From Candidatus Iainarchaeum sp. (GTDB lineage Archaea; Iainarchaeota; Iainarchaeia; Iainarchaeales; VGJJ01), in the NCBI GenBank assembly GCA_043803765.1, contig JAZDJQ010000004.1, positions 14,893 through 78,892 on the forward strand: DNA of 64,000 bases, written 5' to 3'. How positions within the stretch are numbered: the first letter of the stretch is position 1; each line of letters starts with the position of its first letter. A program made the position numbers and the translations under genes. This document shows positions 10,053-19,859 of the stretch, piece after piece. Below the pieces are notes generated by a model that ran no database searches, was not told where the DNA came from, and saw nothing but the letters and a program-made list of their open reading frames with translations.

Positions 10053-10352
10053 TTAAATATCGGATTCGGAAACTGCATCCACGTCCTCGGACAAATCATC
10101 CAAATCATTTTGAAGAGCATCCAAGTCATCCGTGGTAATGTCATTTGGACCTGTTCCGGTTCCTTCCGTTAGTATTCCTGCTAGCGTGCCACCGAAAGTC
10201 CCATCGTCCTTGATGTTCTCCCCATTTCCCGCAGAGGCATCATCCGCATCTCCTGTTGATTCTGGGTTGTTGATGCACCCCAAAAAGAGGAGCATCCCTG
10301 CGAATAGCACTAATCCCACGAATGGGATGCGGGGGGCAATACGTGTTGTCAT
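10053..10352 (-). CDS. Small acidic putative lipoprotein
   Basis: Signal peptide ending in lipobox-like LFLGC; D/G-rich mature part. Confidence 0.6.
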   Translation of the reverse strand: MTTRIAPRIPFVGLVLFAGMLLFLGCINNPESTGDADDASAGNGENIKDDGTFGGTLAGILTEGTGTGPNDITTDDLDALQNDLDDLSEDVDAVSESDI

Positions 10353-11470
10353 TCGTCATCCCCTCCATTATCATCCGATTCATCAGTAACTTCAGTAATT
10401 TCGGTCTCGGATAATACTTCTTCCACTTCTATGGAAACTTCTTCAGCCGATAAAGGAATGATTGCTGATTCAATGGCGGCTATCGCGTCTTCCGATACTG
10501 TTTGTCCATTCTGGTGGGCATTAATCCACCGTATGATAGCACGAATGGCGTTCACCGATTGGTTGGCATAGACTTTCATCTTTACCAGTTCCCTGTGAAG
10601 TTCCCTAATTTCCGCATGAGTAGCGGTATCGGATTGCACCAGTTCTTTAGATGATAATACCTTCGCAATAGATTCGTCTAATTGGTCATTCAATACCGTC
10701 AGCTTCTCGATTGCCAACCGCAATCGTGGCATGGCCGCTCCACTATCCTCCAATTCATCATCGTATTTGTTTGTCAAACGAAGAATGAAGGTTCCCAGTT
10801 TGTCGGAAATAGCATTGGCTTTCTCAACCGCGGATTCGGTTTTCTGCAAAATATGCCTTTGCCTTAATTCCAAGAGTTCCTGATCCACTTCTTCTTCATC
10901 CGCACTGTTGATGGTAGAAGCGTTCTCCAGCCTTGCGCGCAGTGCAGTCAAGGAAGGACGTGTTTCGCTATCCGCAATTTCTTCCGCTATGCGCAGTCGT
11001 GCAACGGCACGAGTCTTGGAATCTTCTATTTTTTTTGTCGCAAGGACGTTAAGGACAAAATCATTATGATTATGCAAATTAGCAACTCGTGTGCGAAATG
11101 CGGCCAGCTTTTCTGCATTAATCTGCTGGCGCAGCCGCTGCAGGAAAGCTTCCTTTTCCGTTGCATTCAATGACTCGAGCTCGCTCTTGGTGATGCCCAT
11201 GGCAATCAGCCGTTCCGCGTCCGAGTTGGAAACCATTAGTTTTTCCCGGATATTCGTTATGCTGCCTGAATTGAAACGAACCGCTTTACTATTTTGGTTT
11301 TGCGTGGCAATAGTCAACACGCTCGCTAGTTTGGTTTTCTGCACTTCCGCGGTATTGCCCTGTCCTTGATTCGTTGCCGAATTGGATTGTGCTACTACCA
11401 TGGAGGAGGCCACCATCATGGCCATGAGCAGGAAACCCAGAATGATTATTTTTCGATTCATGCGTTCCAC
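10349..11470 (-). CDS. Secreted alpha-helical/coiled-coil protein
   Basis: N-terminal signal peptide, heptad-rich body, acidic tail; ATGA overlap with 10053 gene. Confidence 0.65.
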   Translation of the reverse strand: MERMNRKIIILGFLLMAMMVASSMVVAQSNSATNQGQGNTAEVQKTKLASVLTIATQNQNSKAVRFNSGSITNIREKLMVSNSDAERLIAMGITKSELESLNATEKEAFLQRLRQQINAEKLAAFRTRVANLHNHNDFVLNVLATKKIEDSKTRAVARLRIAEEIADSETRPSLTALRARLENASTINSADEEEVDQELLELRQRHILQKTESAVEKANAISDKLGTFILRLTNKYDDELEDSGAAMPRLRLAIEKLTVLNDQLDESIAKVLSSKELVQSDTATHAEIRELHRELVKMKVYANQSVNAIRAIIRWINAHQNGQTVSEDAIAAIESAIIPLSAEEVSIEVEEVLSETEITEVTDESDDNGGDDE

Positions 11471-11571
11471 CTCTCCTGGAATTTTTTAATAGACTATTTT
11501 ATTGAACTACATGATGGGAAGACGAAGCCACATATATAAAGATACTTTATGAAAGGATTACACGAGGAGGA

Positions 11572-11988
11572 ATGGGTTTGTTTTATGCTATTCGGGAAGC
11601 AACACCGATATCCACCATACCGGTTGAATTAACACGGATTCATTTGGTTCGACCCATTTCAACTAAAAAATTGGGTGCTATTTTAGCTCATTGTCCTCAT
11701 CTAGTGGAAATTGGGGCATCCCCTTCTGTGGAAAAAAGACTTGCGCCCAAAGCAGTTGAACTGGTAAAAAAGCACAAAATAGTGTTGGTTCGCGCCCACC
11801 GTGCAGGGAGGGCATTGAATTTGGATTTGGAGACGATTCGAACGATTTCGGATTTGCGGAAGGATTTTTTGAGTGTCCGAAAAATAAGCGAGCGAGTACA
11901 CGTTCCAAAAAGCACCGTGCATTATTTAGTTAAAAAATCAAAACGAGAAAAAATAAAGAAAGGAAAACATGTTATTTATGTACAGTGA
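11572..11988 (+). CDS. DUF1699-like protein with C-terminal HTH
   Basis: IHLVRPIS..CPHL..SPSVEKRL..G and LSVRKISERVHVPKSTVHY HTH. Confidence 0.55.
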   Translation: MGLFYAIREATPISTIPVELTRIHLVRPISTKKLGAILAHCPHLVEIGASPSVEKRLAPKAVELVKKHKIVLVRAHRAGRALNLDLETIRTISDLRKDFLSVRKISERVHVPKSTVHYLVKKSKREKIKKGKHVIYVQ

Positions 11989-12010
11989 TTAAAGAAAGGA
12001 GAAAAAAGTG

Positions 12011-13033
12011 TTAGTGTATTTTAGGAAAAGCTTTTTTGTTTTTCTTGCGGGCACGCGAGTATATTTCCCTCATCAATGCATCCAAAATAATATTTTCTGA
12101 AATGTAGGGTGGAAGATTTAATTGAGCAGCGCGAGCATGCCCCCCGCTTGTTCCATTATGCTGTTGTGCAAGCGAGCGAAAGATGGATGTTGCATCTAGT
12201 TTCAATTTGGAATAAATACGATTCGAGAGGCGGATGGAAGAATACACTCCATCAGGAGAGGGGGAAACACTCAAACCAATATCACATCCTATTTGAACCA
12301 ATATGGATGCTATCCAGCTCGTTTGATGAGGATGAATAACGGCTCCAATCAAAAAATCGTCCACGGAAACAAGTTTTGCCTGTTTGAGCGAATGAATAAT
12401 GCCTACCCGCTCATGAATAGAAGGGGTCGGAACGGCACGGGCAAAAATAGTATCATATGAGACACCGCTTCGAGTAAGGAGAAAATCAAACAATGAAAAT
12501 GTTTGAGGGTTTGCCACCATAAAACGAGCGGAATCTGAAATTATTCCTATTGCCAATGCTCGGGCTATTTTGGGTGGAAAGGAAAAATGTTTTTCAATCA
12601 TCATTTCAGTAACCATTTGAGCGGTGGCAATGCTGTGAGGTTTGATGAGTGATACTGTTTTTTTTGGAAACTCGTGTGGAGACAGGGAATGATGATCGAG
12701 GAGAATAATTTTTCCATTGAACGATTGAAGGGCGCGGGATAATTCCCCTGCTTGGGAAGGAGAACGGAAATCGACGCATACAATGACATCAAATGAGCGG
12801 AATGACGTGATAACGCGAGGTTGAATAGGAAAAAAAAGGATTTGTGATTGATAATGTTGGGTGAGGGGTTTGGTTATTCCGAATGTTGAATCGCATCGTG
12901 AGCGGGAAAAATGAGTGAGGGCAAGAGCGGAGGACAACGTGTCCATGTCCGGCCTTTCATGCGTGAGAAAAAGGACTTTTTTGTTTGATAGCGCATTCCA
13001 AAAATCATGATAGGATAATGAATGACTTGGCAT
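12011..13033 (-). CDS. DHH/DHHA1 family phosphoesterase
   Basis: THERPDMD, VD, DHH, SDSARF, GGHARAA motifs; usual position after pfdB. Confidence 0.85.
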   Translation of the reverse strand: MPSHSLSYHDFWNALSNKKVLFLTHERPDMDTLSSALALTHFSRSRCDSTFGITKPLTQHYQSQILFFPIQPRVITSFRSFDVIVCVDFRSPSQAGELSRALQSFNGKIILLDHHSLSPHEFPKKTVSLIKPHSIATAQMVTEMMIEKHFSFPPKIARALAIGIISDSARFMVANPQTFSLFDFLLTRSGVSYDTIFARAVPTPSIHERVGIIHSLKQAKLVSVDDFLIGAVIHPHQTSWIASILVQIGCDIGLSVSPSPDGVYSSIRLSNRIYSKLKLDATSIFRSLAQQHNGTSGGHARAAQLNLPPYISENIILDALMREIYSRARKKNKKAFPKIH

Positions 13034-13039
13034 GCGGGG

Positions 13040-13429
13040 TTATTCTTTTTTGGAGGATATAACGGTTGTGTCGTTTTCCTTCATTGGAGAAGAGGCGGTA
13101 GGAGGAGTGGATGCCTCTGATTCTATTTCCGTGCGAAGGGCATTCAGCTTATCCAGAAGGGACTTTTCCTGCTTATCAAGCGTTTTGATTCGGAGAGACT
13201 GTGTTTCTTTCATTTCCTCAATCTCTTTTTTTACTTCTTTTTTTTCCCGCAATACTAGAATAGGGCCGGCGGCCTTGTATACTTTTTCCTCGGTTGTCTT
13301 ATCCAACTCTTCTAATGATTTGGTCAAACCGGCAACGTTGGCTTCGAGCTGTTGTTTTTGCATGGAAATCCCCATGAGCATCTGCCTCTGCCTCTCAAAT
13401 TCCATTACTTTTTCTCGAATATCCGTCAT
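13040..13429 (-). CDS. pfdB: Prefoldin beta subunit
   Basis: Coiled coil-VYKAAGPILV-coiled coil; AGGAG RBS favours ATG 13429. Confidence 0.9.
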   Translation of the reverse strand: MTDIREKVMEFERQRQMLMGISMQKQQLEANVAGLTKSLEELDKTTEEKVYKAAGPILVLREKKEVKKEIEEMKETQSLRIKTLDKQEKSLLDKLNALRTEIESEASTPPTASSPMKENDTTVISSKKE

Positions 13430-13685
13430 GTGTATCATTCTCCTTATAGTTGATTAAATGTTTAAGATAAAGAGCCAGTTTTTCATACTGGTCGGCAGAA
13501 GCATGAGCCGTATGCGCATCTTTTCCAACAATAGAAAAAAGAAGTGCATTCTTTTCAACGTTCACGATTGTTTTTGATCTTTTTTCAAACGCTTGACCCG
13601 TTTCAATATTTAATGATTGGAATGCGGCACGAGCGGCTTTACGGGAATGAAAATCCACTACTATTTTCTGAGAAGACATGAACAT
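13395..13685 (-). CDS. pcc1: KEOPS complex subunit Pcc1
   Basis: AFQSLNIE..EKRSKTIVNVEKNALLFSIVGKD pattern; superoperon position; TGATG coupling to rpoP. Confidence 0.7.
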   Translation of the reverse strand: MFMSSQKIVVDFHSRKAARAAFQSLNIETGQAFEKRSKTIVNVEKNALLFSIVGKDAHTAHASADQYEKLALYLKHLINYKENDTHDGYSRKSNGI

Positions 13686-13816
13686 CAACGCGCGAGCACT
13701 CTTTTTTCAATAGGAGCACGGGTTTTGTAGAAAATCTTGTTCCCGCAATTAGGACAGCGCACTAATCCAATGGGAAGAGCATCAAATTCCTGCAGACACT
13801 TATTGCATTTGTACAT
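13685..13816 (-). CDS. rpoP: DNA-directed RNA polymerase subunit Rpo12/P (43 aa, not in ORF track)
   Basis: Own translation MYKCNKCLQEFDALPIGLVRCPNCGNKIFYKTRAPIEKRVLAR; two CxxC; follows rpl37ae. Confidence 0.92.
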   Translation of the reverse strand: MYKCNKCLQEFDALPIGLVRCPNCGNKIFYKTRAPIEKRVLAR

Positions 13817-14305
13817 CTAGTTTTCCTCCGCTTGGTTTTCATCTTTAATTGTACTCGAGAAAGTTTTTTTTATTTCATTACTATTCTCTGCCTTCGCTTT
13901 CTTTCGGGATTGTTTTTTCCCTACCGCGCGGGTCAACCGTTCAATCTTTTCATCATCCGTGCTTTCATCCGAAGGGGTTTTCATTTCTTCCCCTTCTCCA
14001 TGAATTGCTTCTTCAACGAGTTCCATCGCATGAGGAGTAAAGGCACGCTGTGCTACCATCTTGGAAATAATTCCGCCGGTAAGGGTTTGAGGAAAATAGG
14101 CTCCTCCTGCGTATGTGCGGTTGCACTTCCTACAATTAAAAATACCGGTTGAAATACGCTGAACTTTAGTAAAACCACAGGTGGGACAGGTGTGCTTGCG
14201 TCGCTGCTTGGTTTCAATTCCGGCATACCGTTTCTTAATCGAAACACCGTATCGTGCCCCAAAATGGCCGCCAAAATGGAACTTTTCTTTTCGGGTTGCC
14301 GGCAT
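13817..14305 (-). CDS. rpl37ae: 50S ribosomal protein eL43 (L37Ae) with charged C-terminal extension
   Basis: GARYG, CPTCG..R.STGIFNCRKC..AGGAYFP. Confidence 0.95.
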   Translation of the reverse strand: MPATRKEKFHFGGHFGARYGVSIKKRYAGIETKQRRKHTCPTCGFTKVQRISTGIFNCRKCNRTYAGGAYFPQTLTGGIISKMVAQRAFTPHAMELVEEAIHGEGEEMKTPSDESTDDEKIERLTRAVGKKQSRKKAKAENSNEIKKTFSSTIKDENQAEEN

Positions 14306-14384
14306 CGTATCACACTATCGCTAAGGTTGTCCTTAGTAAGACCCCCCCGCCAAATCCTTTTAAATATGGGGGTGAATTCCTGCA

Positions 14385-14417
14385 AGAAAGAAGGGAAAAG
14401 AATTCCCTCTTCTTTCT
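14385..14417 (-). terminator. Long hairpin between rrp42 and rpl37ae, followed by a TATA-like TATTTAAAAG (minus strand, about 14357-14366)
   Basis: agaaagaagggaa / ttccctcttctttct inverted repeat. Confidence 0.45.
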
Positions 14418-14441
14418 AAAGGACTAACTACTAATACCTAA

Positions 14442-15233
14442 TCACGTTTTGAGTATTTTCCTAATAGACTTGGCATTCTTGAGTCCGGTGCTAATGACTT
14501 GTTCTAGTTCGGTTACACTAAAGGAACCGGCTCCTCCTTTCTGAAAGGCCGTGAGAATTCCTTTCTCGGTACTTCCAAAAGAAAAGCGGGCAAACTGTGC
14601 TTTTTCTTCCCCATAATCAGGGTCGGATAAGAGCGTGTTTCCTGTTTTTACTGTGGTGATGAGCAGAGGTTGATTGGCAAGGGAAAGCATTCCATTGTAT
14701 TCCCCATTTACCAGCTTATCATCCTCTATTTTTGGAAAACGAGTCTGATTGAGTGCAACTAATGCCGCCATCGAAGCAGCATCAAACATGTTTCCATCAT
14801 CATTCAACGCGTAAATGTCGATGAACAGGGAGAGAACTTTTTCTCCCGGAACAAGACAGAGTTTAGAGAAATCCACGCAATGACTTTCCCTAATCGCCCG
14901 GTCAACAACGCGAGACAGTTCTACTTCAGTAGGAGAAGGAGGACCTACTTCGTACAATGGAGATGCAAGAGGAGTAAGCTCTGCTCCCACCGCAATGCTT
15001 CCTTCATCTGGAGAATCGGGATAGGGAATTCCAATAGCAAATTTTGTTCCTGCAATAACATCCGTTTTTCCCAAACGAATACGGGCGGAACCATTGGCAT
15101 TCTCACTCACGTTGGTTAGTACTTCAATGTTCCGGTATTCATCTATTTTCCTTCCGGATACACGTTTTCCTGTTTTGAGCGCATCCATTACTTTGGTGCG
15201 CTGTAATTCTGTCAAAATATCGAGTTGTACCAT
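14442..15233 (-). CDS. rrp42: Exosome complex component Rrp42
   Basis: RVSGRKIDEYR, GSARIRLGKT, ELSRVVDRAIRES, DDGNMFDAA. Confidence 0.95.
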   Translation of the reverse strand: MVQLDILTELQRTKVMDALKTGKRVSGRKIDEYRNIEVLTNVSENANGSARIRLGKTDVIAGTKFAIGIPYPDSPDEGSIAVGAELTPLASPLYEVGPPSPTEVELSRVVDRAIRESHCVDFSKLCLVPGEKVLSLFIDIYALNDDGNMFDAASMAALVALNQTRFPKIEDDKLVNGEYNGMLSLANQPLLITTVKTGNTLLSDPDYGEEKAQFARFSFGSTEKGILTAFQKGGAGSFSVTELEQVISTGLKNAKSIRKILKT

Positions 15234-15247
15234 GTTACATCAGTCTC

Positions 15248-16195
15248 CTATTCCTTTCCAGCATCAAACGCGTCATGCTTTGCATCGGCATCATCTGCTT
15301 CAAGTTCGTTTTCAGTATAGTCCGTTTCCCCAAAAGAAAAAGGGTCTTTTGCTTTGAGCGGAGGCGTATCGTCATGCCCTTCCATTCTACGCTCTTCAGT
15401 AGTTGCGTTTAGGAATTCATCCATTCCGGGGATGGGTTCCAATTTTTTCTTCGCTACCGAATCCTTGAGTGCTTTTTTTTGGAGCTCATAAACTTTATCG
15501 ATGTTTTCCACAGCCGTCTTCATAAGAGAAGAGAAATCGTCCGTTGAAATTTCGCCATCCATTTGAAGCAACACTACTTCCTTTGAATTGGGAAGGAACG
15601 CTACGGCCATATCGACTGCATCCGGGGCATCCTCTTCATGCTTATTCAAATCCACGATATGATGCGTGTCCGCTCTTCCAACCGTAATACCCGTTACGAG
15701 GTCTCGCATGGGAATGCCGGCATCTGCCACTGCAACCGCTGCTGCAGTCAAACAGGCAATACGCGTTCCAGCATTGGAGTCTAACACTTCCACGAAAACG
15801 TCAATCGCGGTGTTAGGAAACCGTTCAAGGAAAATAGCACGCTCTAATGCTTCACCTGAAACCTTGGATATTTCCATTTCCCTTCTCCCGGGACGGGGAT
15901 TCTTTCTCTCGGATACGGAGAATGATGCCATCCGGTAAGTGTATCGGACAATTGCCCGATAGGGATTGGCATGATGCTTGGGAAGCACTTCTCTCGGTCC
16001 ATTCACTGAAACGAGAACTTTGTTTTGCCCCCATTCTAAGTAGCAGGAACCATCCGCATTGGGAAGAACACCTGCTTGTATTTTGATGTCGCGCAATCCA
16101 TTCGCTGAGCGTCCATCTACTCTTTTTCCTTTTGCATCCACCCAGAATTCTTTTTCTCCGGATGCACCCTTTTTGTTTTTTGTTTCTTTTGCCAT
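15248..16195 (-). CDS. rrp41: Exosome complex exonuclease Rrp41
   Basis: RVDGR, RYTYRMASFSVSERK, RREMEIS, DSNAGTR, LLQMDG; GGTGA RBS before ATG 16195. Confidence 0.95.
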   Translation of the reverse strand: MAKETKNKKGASGEKEFWVDAKGKRVDGRSANGLRDIKIQAGVLPNADGSCYLEWGQNKVLVSVNGPREVLPKHHANPYRAIVRYTYRMASFSVSERKNPRPGRREMEISKVSGEALERAIFLERFPNTAIDVFVEVLDSNAGTRIACLTAAAVAVADAGIPMRDLVTGITVGRADTHHIVDLNKHEEDAPDAVDMAVAFLPNSKEVVLLQMDGEISTDDFSSLMKTAVENIDKVYELQKKALKDSVAKKKLEPIPGMDEFLNATTEERRMEGHDDTPPLKAKDPFSFGETDYTENELEADDADAKHDAFDAGKE

Positions 16196-16244
16196 GTGTT
16201 TTTTCACCTTTGATTAGTGTTTTTTTTCCCTCACAACGTGTATC

Positions 16245-17234
16245 TTACTCGAAGGAGGGGTCCTCGTCTCCTCTCACGCGATCATCGCGTGGAAATCGCT
16301 TGCGCCGGTCAAAAGAGGGTTGATTGTTTCCCTCATACTGCGGCCTGAACCTTGAACTGGGGCGAAAAGTATCTCTTCCTTGCGAACGGTTTCCACTAAA
16401 TCCCCCACTACGAAAATTTCCTCTGGAGGAATGATTAAAAGAGGACATTCCTCCACTATTCCGCGCAGGAGGTCTTCCCCCACTGCGAAAATTGCTATAA
16501 GGACGTGAATTGAATCCTCCTCGACTTCGGTCGTTGCGACGAAAACCTCGGTCGCCTCCATGAAAGTCTCCACTACCAAATGCCTCTTCATTACTTGGTC
16601 CTCTTGTATCCGGAATACCTTGTCCTGTTTTAACCGCAAGAAAACATTGAATGTCGTGCGTTAGATTTTCCGCATGAGCAAAATCCTCAATACGCTTAAT
16701 GGCATCCATTGCCGCGACCGTATTTCCTCCATTAATCCAAATCAATCCATTTCGTCCCACCATGATTGTGGAACCTGTACCATTCTTGATTGCGTTAAGC
16801 ATTGACGCGTTTTTTCCAATAATACGGGGAACTTTTACCGGTGTTACGTTTACTATTTCTCCTCCCCGAATAGAACGAACCATTCCAATGTCTGCTTCAT
16901 TCATTTCATTTACTTTCACAATGCGCGCTGAAATAATCGAACCAATACTAAGCGGTTCGCGCAAATCCTGCTTGTTGACAAAGCTGGGATAGAACGAATT
17001 GATTTCAACATCATATCCTGCAAATTTCTCATTCTTAACAATGCCAATAATGACATCGTTCTCTACTGGAATATACCTCCCGCGAAGAGGAACAACCGAA
17101 ATGCGGTTATCCTTCTCATTCTTAATTCCCAAACAGTCCGCGAATATGTTCTCTCCCACCCCAAATGTGTGGGAACCTAATTCCTTGTTTTCGGTACTCA
17201 GCAATTCGCCGGGCACCACAATATCTTTACTCAT
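16245..17234 (-). CDS. rrp4: Exosome RNA-binding protein Rrp4 with long RGG-rich tail
   Basis: VVPGELL, YIPVENDVIIG, S1 plus KH (KVPRIIGKNASM, GRNGLIWI). Confidence 0.95.
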   Translation of the reverse strand: MSKDIVVPGELLSTENKELGSHTFGVGENIFADCLGIKNEKDNRISVVPLRGRYIPVENDVIIGIVKNEKFAGYDVEINSFYPSFVNKQDLREPLSIGSIISARIVKVNEMNEADIGMVRSIRGGEIVNVTPVKVPRIIGKNASMLNAIKNGTGSTIMVGRNGLIWINGGNTVAAMDAIKRIEDFAHAENLTHDIQCFLAVKTGQGIPDTRGPSNEEAFGSGDFHGGDRGFRRNDRSRGGFNSRPYSNFRSGGRPPARNSGGMSSFNHSSRGNFRSGGFSGNRSQGRDTFRPSSRFRPQYEGNNQPSFDRRKRFPRDDRVRGDEDPSFE

Positions 17235-17261
17235 TGTTTTTCTCACTTCCTTGTGCCGATG

Positions 17262-17969
17262 TTAATGTAACGAGGGGCTCTCCAATAGTTTAGTAGTGGC
17301 CTCTCCATGGGTCAAATGGTTTATCTTCTCGAATAGTTCCTGCTTCATCCCGCCGGGAACCTCAACAATGGCGATGAGGGACCCGTCACCCTGCCATTCC
17401 TGTTTCTTTACCTCATACCGATGCAAAAGGTTTAAGGCAGTAGAGGCATAAGTGGGGGGAATTTTGAATGCAATTTGGACTTTTTCCATTGAAATGGGCA
17501 ATAAACGCCTCAGTTTAGGCAGAATCTCATTCACCTGAGATGAGACGTCTTTCCACTCATCTACTTGAATTTTCAACTCGGCAAGGGCATTTTCAATCCG
17601 CACGGGAGGATGAGGAGAATGCGTTTGAGGGTTGAACGCATTACGAGAAATAAAATCGACAATCGCCTTCCTCTTCTCTTCTCGTAATAAGCGGCGCTGT
17701 TCCGTTGTAAGGTGGACTTCTCCCTCCTTCACAATTTTAGGGGCAATTTCCTTAATATCAAGGGTGTGAAAAACATTCTGAATATCCCCTTCTTTTGCTT
17801 CTTCTCCTTTCTTAGCGTCCGTGTAAATCGTATCGGTTACAAGCAAATCATCCAAACGAATGGATTGATTACGTTTCAATTTGAGTGCAAGATCCGGGTC
17901 AACGAATATCTCAAAGTGTTTTCCTTCTTTTGTGTAGCGGGCAATCACCGCGTCTTCTAGTTTCACCAT
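17262..17969 (-). CDS. Ribosome maturation factor SBDS/Sdo1
   Basis: HFEIFVDPD, IYTDAKKG, LTTEQRR, NPQTHSPHPPVRIENA. Confidence 0.95.
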   Translation of the reverse strand: MVKLEDAVIARYTKEGKHFEIFVDPDLALKLKRNQSIRLDDLLVTDTIYTDAKKGEEAKEGDIQNVFHTLDIKEIAPKIVKEGEVHLTTEQRRLLREEKRKAIVDFISRNAFNPQTHSPHPPVRIENALAELKIQVDEWKDVSSQVNEILPKLRRLLPISMEKVQIAFKIPPTYASTALNLLHRYEVKKQEWQGDGSLIAIVEVPGGMKQELFEKINHLTHGEATTKLLESPSLH

Positions 17970-18042
17970 ATTACATCACTCCACCCACGCAAGGGGGAAT
18001 AAATCATGTTGGGTTTGATACATGACTAATCAACTGAACCAT

Positions 18043-18795
18043 TTACTTGCTATCGCTTCCACCACTCGAAGATGATTTAGAAAGAATAGACTTTAGTGTT
18101 GCTTTGTCAATACGATTGAAAGGAGAATCCCTATCAATATACCCAAAATCTACTCGGTCTAATCCAAGCTTTTGACCTTTCTGAAGACCATGTTCTAATG
18201 CACCAAACACTATCTTCACCGCTTGTTCACGCGAAAGATTAGATTGATAGTTTTCCTCAAAAAAATCCATTGCCTCCTTCCTTCCCTGTCCTACTGCCAC
18301 TGCTAAATATTCAGCAAGTGCACCGGATGGTTCTGTTTCAAACAAACGAGGACCGGTTTCATCAAAACCGCCAATAATAAATGAAACACCAAAAGGACGC
18401 ATTCCTCCATACTGAGTAACAATCTGCATATTACCCGAAATATCCTTCGCTAATGTTTCCACGTGAATGGGCTCATCATAATACATCACATTTTCCTGTG
18501 CCTTAATCCGAGCACCCTGCACGAGACGACGGGCATCTCCCACTAATCCAGCAGAAACCGCCGCAATATGGTCATCAATTTTGAATAATTTCTCAATCGA
18601 ATCGGGAAGCATCAGCTTGCTGGTTACATTCTTATCCGCACCTAACACTACCCCTGACTTATAGATACAAGCAGCCCCTGTTGTTCCCTGCTGGACAATC
18701 TTAGAGGCGTATTCTACCTGATATAATCTCCCGTCCGGGCTGAACATGGTAGCCGAACGATCGTATGCCGCACTTCTTGCTGAACCGGGGTACAT
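18043..18795 (-). CDS. psmA: Proteasome alpha subunit
   Basis: YDRSATMFSPDGRLYQVEYA, GGMRPFGVS, FETEPSG. Confidence 0.97.
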   Translation of the reverse strand: MYPGSARSAAYDRSATMFSPDGRLYQVEYASKIVQQGTTGAACIYKSGVVLGADKNVTSKLMLPDSIEKLFKIDDHIAAVSAGLVGDARRLVQGARIKAQENVMYYDEPIHVETLAKDISGNMQIVTQYGGMRPFGVSFIIGGFDETGPRLFETEPSGALAEYLAVAVGQGRKEAMDFFEENYQSNLSREQAVKIVFGALEHGLQKGQKLGLDRVDFGYIDRDSPFNRIDKATLKSILSKSSSSGGSDSK

Positions 18796-18912
18796 TTTCC
18801 CATCACCCTATCCCACGGAGTAATTAACCATTTCAATTGATTCCGTGAGAAAATGAGGCAAGAATACTTTAAAAAAGAGCAGGCAGAAACCCCGTCGTTT
18901 CCCCTCATCCCA

Positions 18913-19275
18913 TTAGGGGGATTGGTTCAATCTAGGTTTAAGCGTGTGAAGCGTACCACTCGTTTGAAGAGCATGAACCTCAACCGAATCATTGTGAATA
19001 ATCGTAAGAAAAAGAAGAGAAGCAATCAAAGCATCCTTCCCAATATGAGAACAACGAAAAATACCAATACCATTTTGAGCGTTATAGGAAATGAAACGAT
19101 AACGAAAAGTAGGAAAACCCAATATTCCAAAAGAATGCACCAAATGAGAATAAAATGATTTTTCAACTAATGATTTTTCAATAGGAGAAGGAGAAAATAC
19201 ACGAAAAAGAATATAGCGTTTCTTCCCACGCAAACTTAGTGGAATCGTCGCAATACGCACTTTTTTTTGCTTCAT
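18913..19275 (-). CDS. rnp2: RNase P protein Pop5/Rpp14
   Basis: LRGKKRYILF, GIFRCSH, TSGTL. Confidence 0.85.
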   Translation of the reverse strand: MKQKKVRIATIPLSLRGKKRYILFRVFSPSPIEKSLVEKSFYSHLVHSFGILGFPTFRYRFISYNAQNGIGIFRCSHIGKDALIASLLFLTIIHNDSVEVHALQTSGTLHTLKPRLNQSP

Positions 19276-19859
19276 TTCACTACCCCGCGAGATAAAACAT
19301 ACCCTAAGTAATGCAGAAGGGAAGCCTGCTCAACAGGGGAAATACACTCTTCCTCTTTCCGGGCAAAACTTCCAACATGCAAGGGAATCTTTTCCTTGCT
19401 CAACAAAAAGGCTATTTTCCTAAACTCCATAAGAGAATTAGTATTTTTTTGTGCGAATGCTTCCCGCAAATCACGCAGAGAAAAAACCACTTCTAATGAA
19501 TTATTTTTTGCCCCCGTCATCCACGCATAATCAATAATAGGAGGACCATTCATGTTAACGTGAACAAACGATAAGCCGGATAATTTCAATGCGTCAACTG
19601 CATTCTGTAAAGAGTGAAGCGTCACCATGCAGGGAATCTTTTGAGAGGCACAGCGCTGCAATTCGGCACGATCCAAAACAGGAAGAAAAACCATTTTAGT
19701 ATGAAAAGGAAGCGTGTCCATTTGCAACTCATGAACAGAAGAATACAATACTATTTTCCTACTGCGTGTAACGAGTGCTGATGGAAAAATGAAATCCATG
19801 CAGAAAAAATGAGAAAAGAGTTTAATTGCCTGACTATTTTCCCTGCCGAGCATGTGCAC
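19272..19859 (-). CDS. rnp3: RNase P protein Rpp30 (divergent)
   Basis: Position between eL15 and Pop5; IDYAWMTGAKNNSLEVVFSL pattern. Confidence 0.6.
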   Translation of the reverse strand: MHMLGRENSQAIKLFSHFFCMDFIFPSALVTRSRKIVLYSSVHELQMDTLPFHTKMVFLPVLDRAELQRCASQKIPCMVTLHSLQNAVDALKLSGLSFVHVNMNGPPIIDYAWMTGAKNNSLEVVFSLRDLREAFAQKNTNSLMEFRKIAFLLSKEKIPLHVGSFARKEEECISPVEQASLLHYLGYVLSRGVVK

